Position numbers and translations under genes: made by a program. From Paragordius varius (taxonomy: Eukaryota; Animalia; Nematomorpha): a stretch of DNA of 64,000 nt. Shown here one piece after another: positions 11,460 to 24,544 of the stretch. The notes below the pieces were generated by a model. It made no database searches. It was not told the DNA's origin and saw nothing but the letters and a program-made list of their open reading frames with translations. Where the stretch lies: the NCBI GenBank assembly GCA_964247055.1, contig OZ176058.1, positions 4,836,001 through 4,900,000 of the forward strand, read 5' to 3'. Numbering within the stretch: position 1 is the first letter of the stretch; every line of letters starts with the position of its first letter.

Positions 11460-14400
11460 TCAATTTTGAACAGCTATAAATGGATTTGATATTTCTGTCA
11501 TTCCTTCCACAGGACAAACTAGGCTTACGGCATTCCCGCGGCAAACTACGAGGCCGAGAGGGCGCATTTCTCCACTCAAATGGGATAAATCTTCAGGATC
11601 TAAATAATTTTATAAAAAATTACATTTTAAAAAGTTTAAGAAATTAATTATTTTTTAAAAAGTTTTAAAAATTATATTTTAAATAGTTTAAAATTAATTT
11701 TTTGCCTAAACATAGTTCTTTCTAGTTTAAAACTGTTTTTTTGAATAACAATTTTAAAGCAAAAATAAAACAAATGTCCATTATTATAAAATAATCTAAA
11801 TATATATATATATATATATATATTAAAGAGTTTAAAAAATTATTTTTTTTTGTTCTAATATATATTTCTTTCAAGTTTAAAACAGTTATTTTTTTAAAAA
11901 ATATTGCTAGTTTATGTTTTACACCGTACAAGAATAATTTCAGGATCTAAAGACATATATAAAAGTTTTAAAAAATTATTTTTTTTCTAAAAACATATAT
12001 TTTAAAAAGTTAAAGAAATTAATTATTTTTTGCCTTAAAATATAAATTTCTCAATAAAACTGTGCAAAAATAATAACTCAAATATTCTACAATAAATCTT
12101 CAGGATCTAAAAATAAATATTTTAAAAAGTTTAAAAAATTATTTTTTTGTTTTAAAACATATATATTATAAAAAGTTCAAAAAATTAATTATTTTTTATC
12201 TAAACATATATTTCAAAAAAGTTTAAAACTGTTTTTTTTTAAAAAATCTTTATTATATTTAAACGTTAACCTAAAAAACAGGAATAACAATTTTTGAGCA
12301 AATAAAAGTTTAAGGAATTATTTTATTATATAAAAATATATATTAAAAAGTTTAAATAATTAATTTTTTATCAAAAAATAAATAATTTAAAAAGTCTAAA
12401 ATTGGTTTTTTTTAAGAAAATATTGTTATTTTAATTTTTACACCATACAAGAATAATTTCAAGATCTAAAAATATATATTTTAAAAAGTTTAAAAAATTA
12501 TTTTTTTGTAATATATATTTTGAAAAGTTTAAAATTTTTTTTTTAAAAAACATACTTCCTAGTTTAAAACTGTTTTTTTGAGAAAATATTCTTTTATTTT
12601 TACACCGTACAAAAATAATAATTATACAATAAAAGAAAAACTTAAATAGCTCAAGTCATTTAGATCTAAAACAAAATATATTTAAAATTAGGTTTAAAAA
12701 TTAATCTTTGTTAAAAAAAAATTATTTGTTTGTGCAATAACTGTTAAATTGGATATTAAAAAGACTATAAAAATCAATCTATTAGCTTATATACATATAT
12801 TTATATCATTTGCACTTTAATAGTGTTCTCAAACACTTCAAGTTGGTCCTTAAAATTTATAAATTTTGATTTAACCATAATTTTTGCATTTATTTTTTTA
12901 TTTTATTATTTATTAACCTAATTTTCTTAATTAATTATAAATTTATTCATTTAAAAATAAAATTTTTTTTATTGAAAAACCACTTTTTTGTTTCAAACTA
13001 TTTTTTTTCCAATTTAAAAAATTATAAACTTTTATATGTATAAAAAATTCCAATTAATAACCCAGAAAGCTTATGTATTTATTAATTACATGTTAAAATC
13101 TTATAAATATCCAAAATAATATAAAGAAATTAATAAAGATATACGGTTTCTAAATGATTGTTGATATTAATTTAAATTTATGTTAAATAATATAAAATAG
13201 GTTAAAAACCATAAAATAAATGAATGTTATATGATTTGATTGATAAATTTTAAAAACAAAACAAAAATGTTCAAGGACACTCTTGAAGTGCAAATAGTAT
13301 ATACAGTTAAAATAAAATCCAACAATTATAGTCTTCAAAATCTTTAAAAAAAATGTTTCTTAAAACATACTTAATTTACAAAAAAATTATGCTAGAATTT
13401 GAAAAGTTTGTAAACTTTAGTGTAATAATGTATAATCTAAACTAAAATAATTTTTTTACATAAAAGGATAATCCCATATTTTTAAAACTTTAATTTCTTC
13501 TAATAAATTAATGTTTGAGATATCAAAATATCAAATTGACACATGTAATTTAATATAACATAAATCAATTATATAATTTGCGATTGTAATTAAATAGTTA
13601 ATATAAAAAATACAGTTTAAATATGGTCTTTAGTTTACTTGTATAATTTTAAATTTTCATTCAACTACTTTTCATCAGATATATTTACAGGAAATTAAAA
13701 TTATACTATGGAAAAAACGTATAAAAGACAACAATATACTTTTTAAACCTTAAACATTTCTATATAAGCTAAGTGAATAGATAATGTTTGTAATATATAT
13801 CTCTATTTCACACTTTACCATTTTAAATGAGCTATATTTGGAAAAATCAAGATTTAAAAATTATATTGTTTGATTTTAGAATAAAAATATTTGTTTTTGT
13901 ATTTTTACTGTAAATATAGAATATTTTTTAGTAGTTGGTTTTGGAAAATACAGGTATATAATAGCTTAGAATAAGTAAACAGTATAAAATTTAAAAATAT
14001 AAAAACGTTTAAACAAATATTTTACAGCAAAACGTATAAAAATTATACGGACAAAAACGTAAAAAATTTAAACAAAATTTTTTTTGCATAATTATCATAA
14101 AACCATATAATATTTTCATCAAGTTATGTTAATTGTAATTTAGATTTTTTTATGCATTTACTTTTTTGATTCCTATTTTGAACGTAAAACGTTAGGTTAT
14201 AATTCAAAAAATTTTTAGCATTTAAATTATGTACTTACAATTTGAAATATAATTATTGTGATAAAAACTATTTTATAAAAATAGACTGGAAAATTAAACT
14301 ACATTTACTTCAATTTCTTTTTACTAACAAACTGTTATTTTCAATGGGTGTAATATATAATTATATAAAAGTTTCCAAAAAAACTTTATGAAAAAACCTC

Positions 14401-14629
14401 TCAGATACTCTGTTGCCCCATCCAACACTAAATTAAGTAATGGATCGAATCCTTTTAGTATTCCGGCCACTTCGCGGCCACCAATAAATTTAATTCTAAC
14501 AGCTTTATCCATATATTTTTGCATATTGATAACGGTTTCTCGTTTTTTATGTTCGTTAGCGGTGTTTGCTTTAACATTATTTGAAGTTTGCTGGAAATAT
14601 AAATTTGAAAATCATACCATGTGAGCCAT
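11460..14629 (-). CDS. LSM7: U6 snRNA-associated Sm-like protein LSm7, 114 aa; exons 14629-14618, 14590-14398, 11599-11460
   Basis: Reads MAHM|QTSNNVK...KYMDKAVRIKFIGGREVAGILKGFDPLLNLVLDGATEYLR|DPEDLSHLSGEMRPLGLVVCRGNAVSLVCPVEGMTEISNPFIAVQN*. Sm1 and Sm2 motifs are close to LSm7; introns are 27 nt and 2798 nt with consistent phases. Confidence 0.95.
11600..12670 (-). repeat. Tandem intronic repeat carrying echoes of the LSM7 exon-3 acceptor
   Basis: The (c/t)ttca(g/a)gatctaaa motif (= tttag|ATCCTGAA on the minus strand) recurs at about 11590 (real), 11940, 12100, 12460 and 12660, within related AT-rich units. Confidence 0.7.
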
Positions 14630-15212
14630 GATATGAGTGAATACGTAAATTTATGATTAAGGCCATTGATTTGAATTGGGGGAAAATTCTTATAAGTATC
14701 GAATTTTTATAATATTTTTTTATATTTCGCTATATTATTAAGGCCAACACTGCTTTTAAAATCGGGAAGTATAAAAAAATAACCAGATGAAATATATATA
14801 TTAAGGTAGAATGTATCAGGATTATCATTGTGCCTTTGCTTTTACCATTTATATAATAATTCGATGATGCTATATATTTTTCACTCAGAATTTTGATAAA
14901 AATATTCGTCGTTTCATATTTATGTTAAAATTGTGTTTTTTTAAGAAAACTCACCAAAATAAACAAGCAATTGAAATTCCCGACCTATAGTAATGATCAA
15001 CATCATATAATTATTAAAAACGGGTTATTATCGCTTAAGCGTTGTACAGTTTTCATCAATTAAAAAAAATTTGAATACGCTTTAACAAAATATCTCAAAT
15101 TCTTTTAATGCAAAAATCAGAAAACTAATAAAAATAAAATTTAAGGAAAAAAAATTAAGAAGTATCATACCTTCCACCTAATGAGTATAAACGTAACAGC
15201 TTTAATTTTTAA

Positions 15213-15762
15213 CACTTACAACACACTCATTTTAGTCCTTCGATTAAAATTGGGGTAGTTGGATACCCCATAAAAAGTATGGATGGAATCGAAACCATAC
15301 AAAATTTTGCACTTATACAACATTAATAAACCAGAATATATAAAAAAAATTTATTCAAAAATACTTAATAATACTAATTTTAAGCTAAAACCGAAAGGTA
15401 ACAATTTCGTCAACGTGACATGTGTGAAATAAAATTGAAAAATAATACAAAAAAACCGGTTTTTCTATTTATATCAATGTTAGATGTAATTTAAATAAAA
15501 TATTAGTTTTAATTTTACCCTTAAAATTAAATGAAGACGATATTTTGCGAAAATTTTGTAAAATAAAAATGGCGTCGAAGTAGTTTGACATGGAACTTTT
15601 TTGCAAAACAAAATTTTTTCAGAATATTTTGGCATATTTATATAATTTATATTACGATAGAAGCATAAATTTAAATTGGGACCGTTTCAATCAGTAGTTT
15701 TTTATAAATATTAATTTAAATTTAGTCTGGGGTATTTAGATACCCCAATTTGAATCGAAGTG
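15213..15762. mobile_element. Family-2 MITE, reverse orientation
   Basis: ttaa|cacttacaacacactcattttagtccttcg ... ccccaatttgaatcgaagtg|ttaa. Confidence 0.8.
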
Positions 15763-16168
15763 TTAATATGAAAAAGGGTTATTTCGAAATCATATTCCAT
15801 AAATTTAATATGATATGTTACAGGAATACCAATTTTCTATATAAGTTTCCTTTTAAACTTTCTAAACCTGATTAAACCTTTATTAAAATATCATAATTTA
15901 ATTTGGTTAATTTTAAATTTTGAGACAGCTCTAGAAAGCCCTGAGTGAAACATCAACCTGAATCTTACAAGAGTGTGAGTATAGTTTCGCCACTACGCGA
16001 AAAGCTGCAACCCTAAGTATGTATAATTCGAGCAGAAAATATCACCTAATAATAGGCCAATCTTAGTTTTTTACCGCAAAATAAACCACTTCTTTAAAAA
16101 TATCGTGTTATTTTTACACAGAGTAAATTTTAAAAAAAAAATTTTTGGAATAAATAAAAGGTAATTAA

Positions 16169-16710
16169 CACTTCGATAAAATAAGAGTATCTAACATCCC
16201 CAAACTAAATTTAAGTTAATATTTTGAAAAAACTAAAGGAAACGGTACCAATTTAAATTTATTCTATCCTAATAAGAATTATATAAATAAGCTAAATTAT
16301 CTAAATAAAGTTTTGTTTTGAAAAAAAAGTTTCATTTCAAACTACTTCAACGCCATTTTTATTTTAAATTTTTGCAAAATATAGTGTTTATTTAAATTTA
16401 AAGATAAAATTAAAGCTAATTTTTTATTTAAATCACATCTAACATTGATAGAAATAGAAAAAATTGATCATATCGCAGGATTTTCCAATTTCGCCGCACA
16501 CATGTTAGGTTGCTTAAATTTTTACCTTAAAATAAATAATATCAAGTATTTTTAAATGATTTTTCATTTATTCCGCTTTATTAATGTTATATAATTGCAA
16601 AATTTTGCCATGGTTTCGATTCCTTAATATTTTATAAAGCAGTTTATTTTAAATGAGGTATCCAACTACCCCAAATCAAGGGACTGAAATGAATGTGATG
16701 TATCCAAGTA
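16169..16710. mobile_element. Family-2 MITE
   Basis: ttaa|cacttcgataaaataagagtatc ... gtgatgtatccaagta|ttaa. Confidence 0.75.
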
Positions 16711-19700
16711 TTAATATTATAAAAATATTTTTTAATTTCAAAAAGCAGTACAAAAGTTAGTGCAGTACAGGTGCAGTTTTTTCAGAAAATCCAGTACTGT
16801 ACTGCTAAAAACAGCCTATTTGGTCACATTATGCTAGATACAAAAATTTTGTAGAATATCATTCTATTAAAGCATGGTGAAATTGGTGTAAATATATTTA
16901 TGATTCGATTTTGCTGAACATATCTATCACATCAGATTTTTAATTTTAAAATGTCATTTATTTGTAAACACAACTTTTAAAAAACATAAATTTGTAGACA
17001 ATCCAACATCTCAGGTATTGCATCATCGAATATAAAAGAATGTTAAGCGTTTCCACCATGCTACAATAAAACTCGCTTTATCAAAGCATTGCTAGAAAAA
17101 AAATTCACGCCAAATATAAATTTTTTGGAAAAAAGCTTTTTAGTAAATATCTAGCTTATTCTCAATAAATTTCATCTCGATATCCTGGCATTTTTGCTTT
17201 TAGCATGGGACTACCTTTTTAAAGTAATCCAAAAATTGAGGCTTTTAGAGTCCACATCTAATTGTAAATTATTAAATAATACTATGCTTTTTATGTATAG
17301 TTTTAATATTTAATTTATATTGTAAGAAATAACGCCTTTCGTTACCATATTTAATTAAGCATAATGTGCGCTATTCGAACGATCCAAGCAATTAACGAAA
17401 AATGCTAATATACCATTTAGAATTCAAATATACGCTTAAAGAATTTAAAAAAATAAATTATGTGTTCGGGCCTATATAACTACTAATTAATATGAAATTA
17501 TCTTAATGGAATAGTTGATAATTTCTTCACTATTTTAATTTTAAACGAAATTTCATTTTTTAAAAATATAAAAAAAGCAATTTTTGATTTAAAAAACACT
17601 TAATTTGATTTAGGGTGAATATGAATTTTTCGGATGAATTCGAAGTGTAAAAGGTACTATCTTATACCCTTAGTTAGGCTAGTAGTGATGATTACATTTT
17701 TCTATTATAACATATATTAAGGATACGTTTTAGTGGACTTGATTAATTCCAAAAATCGATTTTTAGATGTAGAAAACGAACACACTAATATGAGTTATTT
17801 TCTGGATCTCAAAGCAAAAATCTCCATAATATACAATATTTTTTAAATAAAAAGAATTTATAAAAAATATTTTTTGAATCGCCTGTATCCCAACATAAAA
17901 AAATGTTTTTACAGAGATTTTTCTATTAGCTCAGAAAAATATTCCATAAAAGTATCTTGGCTTCAAGAAAATTTTTTAATCACCCATGAGAGATGTACAC
18001 TCACTAAAGGTCAAATTTTAAATTAACGCCTTCTGTTATAATGTGTCATGAAACTAATTTGCGGTACATGTAAAATACAATCAATTTAATTATTAGCAGT
18101 ATATTAAGACTAAAGTAGTCCAGAATGTTTTTTTAATTGGTGCCAGGTAAGCTTCCCATAAAGGCCCCATTAAAAACTAATTTTAAAATCTATCAGATCA
18201 TAAACAATAAAAATTGAAATTATACGGACAAAACGTGAAAATATAAAGATAAAAATTTTTTCAAAAAAAACAACCATACTTTTTTAATCCTGATTTTTTA
18301 AAAAATAACTCATTGTTTTAAATTACAAAGTATAGAATAGAAAGTAAATTAATAATACAATGTATTTTAAGATTGTAATTTATTGATTAAATAAATTATA
18401 GGTTAAAAAAGTATGGTTGTTTTTTGAAAAAGAATTGTCTTTATATTTTGACATTTTGTCCGTATAATTTCAATTTTTACTGTATAATAGCTTCACACAT
18501 TTTTTGTGGAAAACCTTTTTTGTATTAATTACTAATTAAAATACATAAATTATTCGTTTAAACAATTTTATAAAATGCGTCAATCCGTATATATTTGCTT
18601 TTTAAAAACCAATAAGATAATCGCCTTTTAAAAAATATTATTGATAATTATTATGGTATTTATATTTTTGGGATATCATTTAAGTAAACTATTTTTTCGA
18701 ATTTTACGAATATTTAAATGCCAAAAAAATATATCAGGTTTCTTGTTAATTTAAAAAAATACTTTTGTTTGTTAAAGTGTCAGCTAATAATTTATTTTTT
18801 CAACAATCATATTATATTTATTATATTAGTAAAAATGAAGATTGGATTATTTTACAGTAAAAAGCGAAATCATAATAAACGTAAAATTATAAAGAAAAAT
18901 ATTTTTTTCTAAAAGACAAACATACTTTTTAAATTTTGATATATTTCAATATAACTCATTTTAAGGAAATATATATTTTACTAACACAATAAATTCTTTA
19001 TTATCAAATATGTAACTACATAGCTTATATTTAGACAAAAATATTTGCATTTATATTTTTACCTTTCGTATAATTTTAAATTTTTACTTTAATATGATTA
19101 TCATGATTTATTAAAATACATACAAAATTCTGTTCTTTGATCTCATGTGCATTTAAAAAAATCTAAATTCTAACTCAATTATCCTAACATTTTGCAATAA
19201 ATAATAAATATATATTATTATATTACAATATAATATGAAAACATGGTACTAAATATCGATCCATTCTATCATATCATGGACTAATTTTGCAATATAATAA
19301 AGATTAATAAGATTTTTGCATTAAATATTTCAAACAAACTAAATATAGCCACCTAACTCGGTAAACTATTATTGGTTTTGTGGTTTCAAAAGACATACAT
19401 TATCATATAAGTATTTAAGATAATATACAGACAAACTGTAATTATACGGACAAAAGGTAAAAATATATGGCAAATATTTTATTCAAAAAAAATCCATACT
19501 TTTTAAAATCTTAATTTTTGCTTATGAAATATTTAATTACAATGATAAAATACGTAATTGATGCTACCAATTTACATTATTATTTTATATTTGGCAGTTT
19601 AAAACAATGAGTATCCAAAAAATCAAGGTTAAAAAAAATGGTAGTTAATATTTGTTTTTGTATTTTCACGTTTTGTCCGTATAATTGCTACTGCATTACA

Positions 19701-19980
19701 TTCAACACTAGACTAGACATACAAAACTTAAATTTAAAGGCAAGCATTTTTTGAAGGTTACCAATAACCTTTTTCCATCAAAATTTATAATTAAATAAAA
19801 TAATTGTAACACAGAAGTATCCTCAAGGACTTATATATATATATAAATAATATATAATCTGATAGATATTTTGCTTTTAAGCCTTACGGAATCATTCAAG
19901 AAAATATTTACACCAAAGTACAATATTAAACATAAAATAATTTAACTATCTGAACTTTGCTATTAACCCAAGTTTTAAAG

Positions 19981-20020
19981 CAGTGGTTCCCAACCCTTTT
20001 TTTGTTCAAGCACCACCCCA
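19981..20020 (+). mobile_element. Solitary hAT-like terminal repeat
   Basis: CAGTGGTTCCCAACCCTTTTT resembles typical hAT/Charlie-type TIRs; no partner end was seen. Confidence 0.4.
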
Positions 20021-20764
20021 CCAAATTTAAAATTAAAATTCTTACGGCCACTCCTAAATAATCCAAGATAAAAATGTAATATATATATATATATATATAA
20101 ATCCCAATCAATGAAATCCTTATATTTGCATATTTTAAAATATTTTTTCCATATTGGTGACAAATTTCGGTAATTCACATATGATTTTTCTTGTTTTATT
20201 ATTAATTAAGTTTTCCATAATTTTCGAGCCTCCTTAGTTTATGAAACACTTAAAGTATTTAAGACATTTGAGATATACTATAAAAAATGAAAAATATTTT
20301 TTTTAACTTTTATGCTGATATTTTTCATTATTATATATAAACGGAATTTTTTATCATTATATCAATTAGATTTTAATTTTTGTAAACTACATTTACGGAC
20401 AAGATTTTAAGATAAATAATATAGAATAAAAAAATAAAAAAAATATTATTTTTTAAAACTTACCTCAGTCATTTTTGGCAATTAATTGAGAGTCGAAATG
20501 CATTGCAAATATTAATAATAGATAAATCTATATTATTTGGATTTAAATGATGGTATTATATAAAACAGAGTTTTTATGTGTTAAAAACCAAAAGATATAG
20601 GATTGTTGCTTTACATTAAAAATGGTTATATGAATTAAATAGCCCCAATTTAAATTAAACTAAACTAAAAAATACATGGTTTGTAGAATTTACCATTTTA
20701 AATTTGCAATTATATATAATATATATATTAGCATTATTATATATGTTTAAGTTTATGATTTTAA

Positions 20765-21259
20765 AACTTCGATTCAAATTGGGGTGTTCAAATATCCCAG
20801 ACTAAATTTGAGTTTGGATTTTTAAAAAACCGAAGGGACGGTCACAATTTAAATTTATGCTTCTATGCTTAGTAAAAATTATAAAATATGCCAAAATAAT
20901 CTAAATGAAATTTTGTTATGAAAAAAAGTTCCATGTAAAACTATTTAGATCTCATTTTTATTTTACAAAATTTTTTTAAATATTGTCATCATTTAATTAT
21001 AAGGGTAAAATTAAAGCTAATTTTTTATTAAAATTACATTTAACATTGATAAATATAGAAAAAGCGGTTTATTTTGTTATTATTTTTCATTAACATTGCA
21101 GACTTGTCACGTTTACGGTTTAATGTTATATAAGTGCAAATTTTTGCCATGGTTTTGATTTCTTCCATATTTTTTAAAAAATATAGTTTAAAACAGGCCT
21201 ATGGTATTTAACTACCCCAATTTAAATCGAAGGACTAAATGAATGTGTTGTATCGAGTG
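20765..21259. mobile_element. Family-2 MITE present in D1, with the empty site in D2
   Basis: gatt-TTAA-[element]-TTAA-agagtttac here versus gatt-TTAA-agagtttac at 38984-39000, which shows TTAA target-site duplication directly. Confidence 0.9.
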
Positions 21260-22139
21260 TTAAAGAGTTTACGGAAATATTAAAAAGTTTTTTGGTGTGT
21301 TACTTTTTCATCAAAATAAATTAATTTTGTTATATAATCAAACAATCAACAATTATTTAGAATGCAAAAGAGCAAAATTAATAATTTTGAAAAAAATTCT
21401 AAATGTACTAGGTTGTATTTTGACAGGAGGGTACATTTAAATGAACTCATATTTAGAATACCCAATTCCATTTTTATTTTTAACTTTTGTTAATACAGTA
21501 CTTTTTGACATAGCCCATCAAATATTTTTTGAACTTTTTTATTTTATTAATTAATTATTTTGTTCATTTACACTTGTACCCATAATCTAAATCATTTTTT
21601 TCAATTTAATAATAATTATATTTTTATGATTATTATTATTCATGGATTACACATTATCATCATCTCTATGTTTAGACACCAACCAAGAAGATAAGAATTG
21701 TCAAAAAAAACGTAACCAGATTTAGGTATAATAAATGTAATATTAATTTAAGACCATAAAATTTACTGTAAGGTTTGATATAATTCCAATACATTTTGCT
21801 AAAAACCTGTTTATCTTTTAATTTTGCATTTATCCCGCTTCGCATGTTATTAATTTTTACTATAAATATATATTTGTTAGTAGTTGTGAAACCCCCTCGA
21901 GCAACCTTCATCATCCAATCTTAACAACGTTATTTCAAGTATACCCCCAATTAAATCAGAGATAACCGCCAATCACCAATTAAAAAACGGTTTCTTCATT
22001 CGAAAAAAAAAACTAAAAAGTTTTACAAATGTTCTTTCTCTTAAAGGCGAAAAGAAATCCAACACTGATCAAGATTCAAAAACCGCCACATCTTTTTTCC
22101 CCACTCCACTCTAGTCCTCAAAGAAAAAACAAATACTGG

Positions 22140-22775
22140 TTCTCTGAAAGATGAAAAGAAATTTGTCTCCAAGTATAATTTCCCTATCATTCCAATTCAT
22201 CACATGGAAGCCTATGCATTACCTGCTCGAATTGAACGTACGATCGATTATTCTTGTCTCTTACTATTGGCGATGACATGGTTTGTGCTAAATATTGTAA
22301 AATCAGTGACGTTTTCAACCCACACAAGAATTTAATGATGTCCTGCGCCCAGGGAAGCCTTTAATAAACTTTCGCGGAAATTAGAACTAAATTATGATTT
22401 AAGATTTTTATATAGCGGTGGCCTAAGTATTGAAATACCGTCCCAAGAATGTGTTAAAAATATTAATCTAAATATCTTGCCCACGTTAGCGTCTCCCTTT
22501 ACATCATCCTTCCTCGTGTAATTTTTCGTTTAATGAAATGCTTTCTACATTTAATTCTCTTTCCACCCTCTATTGCTGTAAAATCTTTCTACTAAATGAT
22601 GAATCAGATGTTGAAGAAACAAAAATTATTTTACCAAATGCCTATGCTAAACATATACAAAATTTGCAACTTACCCTATCAATTATCCCCTCTTCCGGTA
22701 AAAATGGATTGAATCAAGATTTAATACATGGGAAACATAAATCGGTGTTGGATTTCTTTACGTTTTTCAGGGAAA
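22140..22775 (+). pseudogene. OSGEPL1: OSGEPL1/Qri7/TsaD-type t6A synthase fragment (stops, 75-bp internal inversion)
   Basis: PIIPIHHMEAYAL...APREAFNKLSRKL...SGGLSIE, interrupted by stops and frameshifts. Confidence 0.75.
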
Positions 22776-24544
22776 ACCAGTAATTATTTTTTCTTTGGGG
22801 CTTAGAGTGGGGGAAAACGATGTGGCGGTTTTTGATTCTTGATTGGTGTTGGATTTCTTTTTCGTTTTTGAGAAAACATTTGTGGAACTTTTGTTGGTCA
22901 AACTTTTTATTTTTTTCGAATGAGCCGAAACGCTTTTTTCAATCGGTGACTGGCGGTTATTCTGATTGAATCGGAGCAATCCTTAAAATATAGTTGTTAA
23001 GATTGGATGATGAAGGTTGCTTCACTAAAAAATATATATACTAAAAATTAACATGCGAAGAAAACAAAACGCAAAAACTAAAAGACAAACATATTTTTGG
23101 TATATATATATTTATATATATATATATATATATATATTCGAATTATATCAAATCTTAGAGTTAATTATGGTTTTAAATATTCCATTTATAAAACCTAGAT
23201 CTGATTCCTTATAGTTGTCATCGAACGGGTTTATTGAGTATACTTCATTTTCAGATTCTAGAAATGGTAATAAATATTTAAATAAAATTAAAATTGGGGT
23301 AATGAAAATAATACACCTAAAGAGTGGGCAGGGTTATTTTACTGGTTTTCACGATTGGTTGAACTATATAAAATATTAAATAAACTTAAAATGTTCTTAA
23401 TTGGTAAATAAAATTTAGCCTATAATCAATAGATTTCTTAAAAAAGAAGAACGCATTTAGAGAAATAGATAACATTATAAATACTCAACAGTACACTAAA
23501 TTAATTGTTGTCTAAATATAAAAACAATAAATCCTTACCCTGAGTTTTCATGTAACTCGTCAGTCATAATCCTTAAAAACTATGAAGCAATTCCGAAAGT
23601 GTTTATCGCTTCTTTCGGGTTTAAAAACAAATTTATAAAATGTTTCATTTTTCATTTCCAATGATTCTCCTCAATAAAGTCGTTTAACTGTATTAAGTCG
23701 GAGCTTAGATATGTTTTATGGGTTTCGTATTTAATGTATGTTTGGTTTGCTTTATTCAACTGATAATGATGGATTTATTTTTTTAATATTTAGACAACAA
23801 TCAATTTAGTGTACTGTATGAGTATTTATTATATATTTCTTAATATGCGATCTTTTTTAGATTATAAATATATTAATAATTTGAATTTATATAATAATTT
23901 AGAACGTGTTAAGTTTATTTAATATTTAATATAGTTCAATCAATTGTGAAAACCAGCAAAATAACTCTGCCAACTCTTTAGGTATATAATTTTCAATACT
24001 TTTATCACACTTTTCAACAACAATGTTTTTTTTAAATTTTATATAAAATATTTATTAACCATTTCTAGAATCTGAAAATAAAGTATACACAACAAACCCG
24101 TTTGATGACAATTATAAGGAACTATATCTAGGTTTTATAAATGTAATATTAATTTAAAACCATAATTAACTCTAAGATTTGATATTGGAATATATTTACT
24201 AAAAACATGTTTGTCTTTTAGTTTTTGCGTTTGTCCCGCTTCGCATGTTTTTGATTTTTACTATGTATATTTGTTAGTAGACCCCCTCGAGCAACCTTAA
24301 TTATTCATAACTTCACAACTTTATTTTAAGGATTGCTCCGATTCAATCACAGATAACCGCCAATCATCAATTAAAAAAGCGTTTTCTCATTCGAAAAAAC
24401 TAAAAAGTTTGACCAACAAGAGTTTCACAAATGTTTTCTCAAAAACGAAAATAAATCCAACACCGATCAAGAATCAAAAACCGCCACATCGTTTCCCACC
24501 ACTCTAAGTCCCAAAGAAAAAACAAGTACTGGTTTTCTCTGAAA

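Noticed and set aside
14388-14624. 78-aa plus-strand ORF; similar antisense ORFs at 31698-31886, 61365-61550 and 6135-6389
   Set aside because: These are shadows of real minus-strand exons, introns or echoes.
15985-16015. U4 snRNA (minus strand AGCTTTTCGCGTAGTGGC resembles the U4 5' end)
   Set aside because: No U6 stem-I complement (TGCTAAT), kink-turn or Sm site follows.
16800-17280. Degenerate hAT transposase C-terminus (SNA..KRV..., ETLN)
   Set aside because: Only scattered residues across different frames with many stops; not supportable without an HMM search.
22767-22979. ORFs in palindrome arms (22767-22979, 40511-40831, 46744-46995) as independent genes
   Set aside because: They are copies of the repeated arm with inconsistent frames and stops between copies; at most they are a decayed OSGEPL1 5' region.
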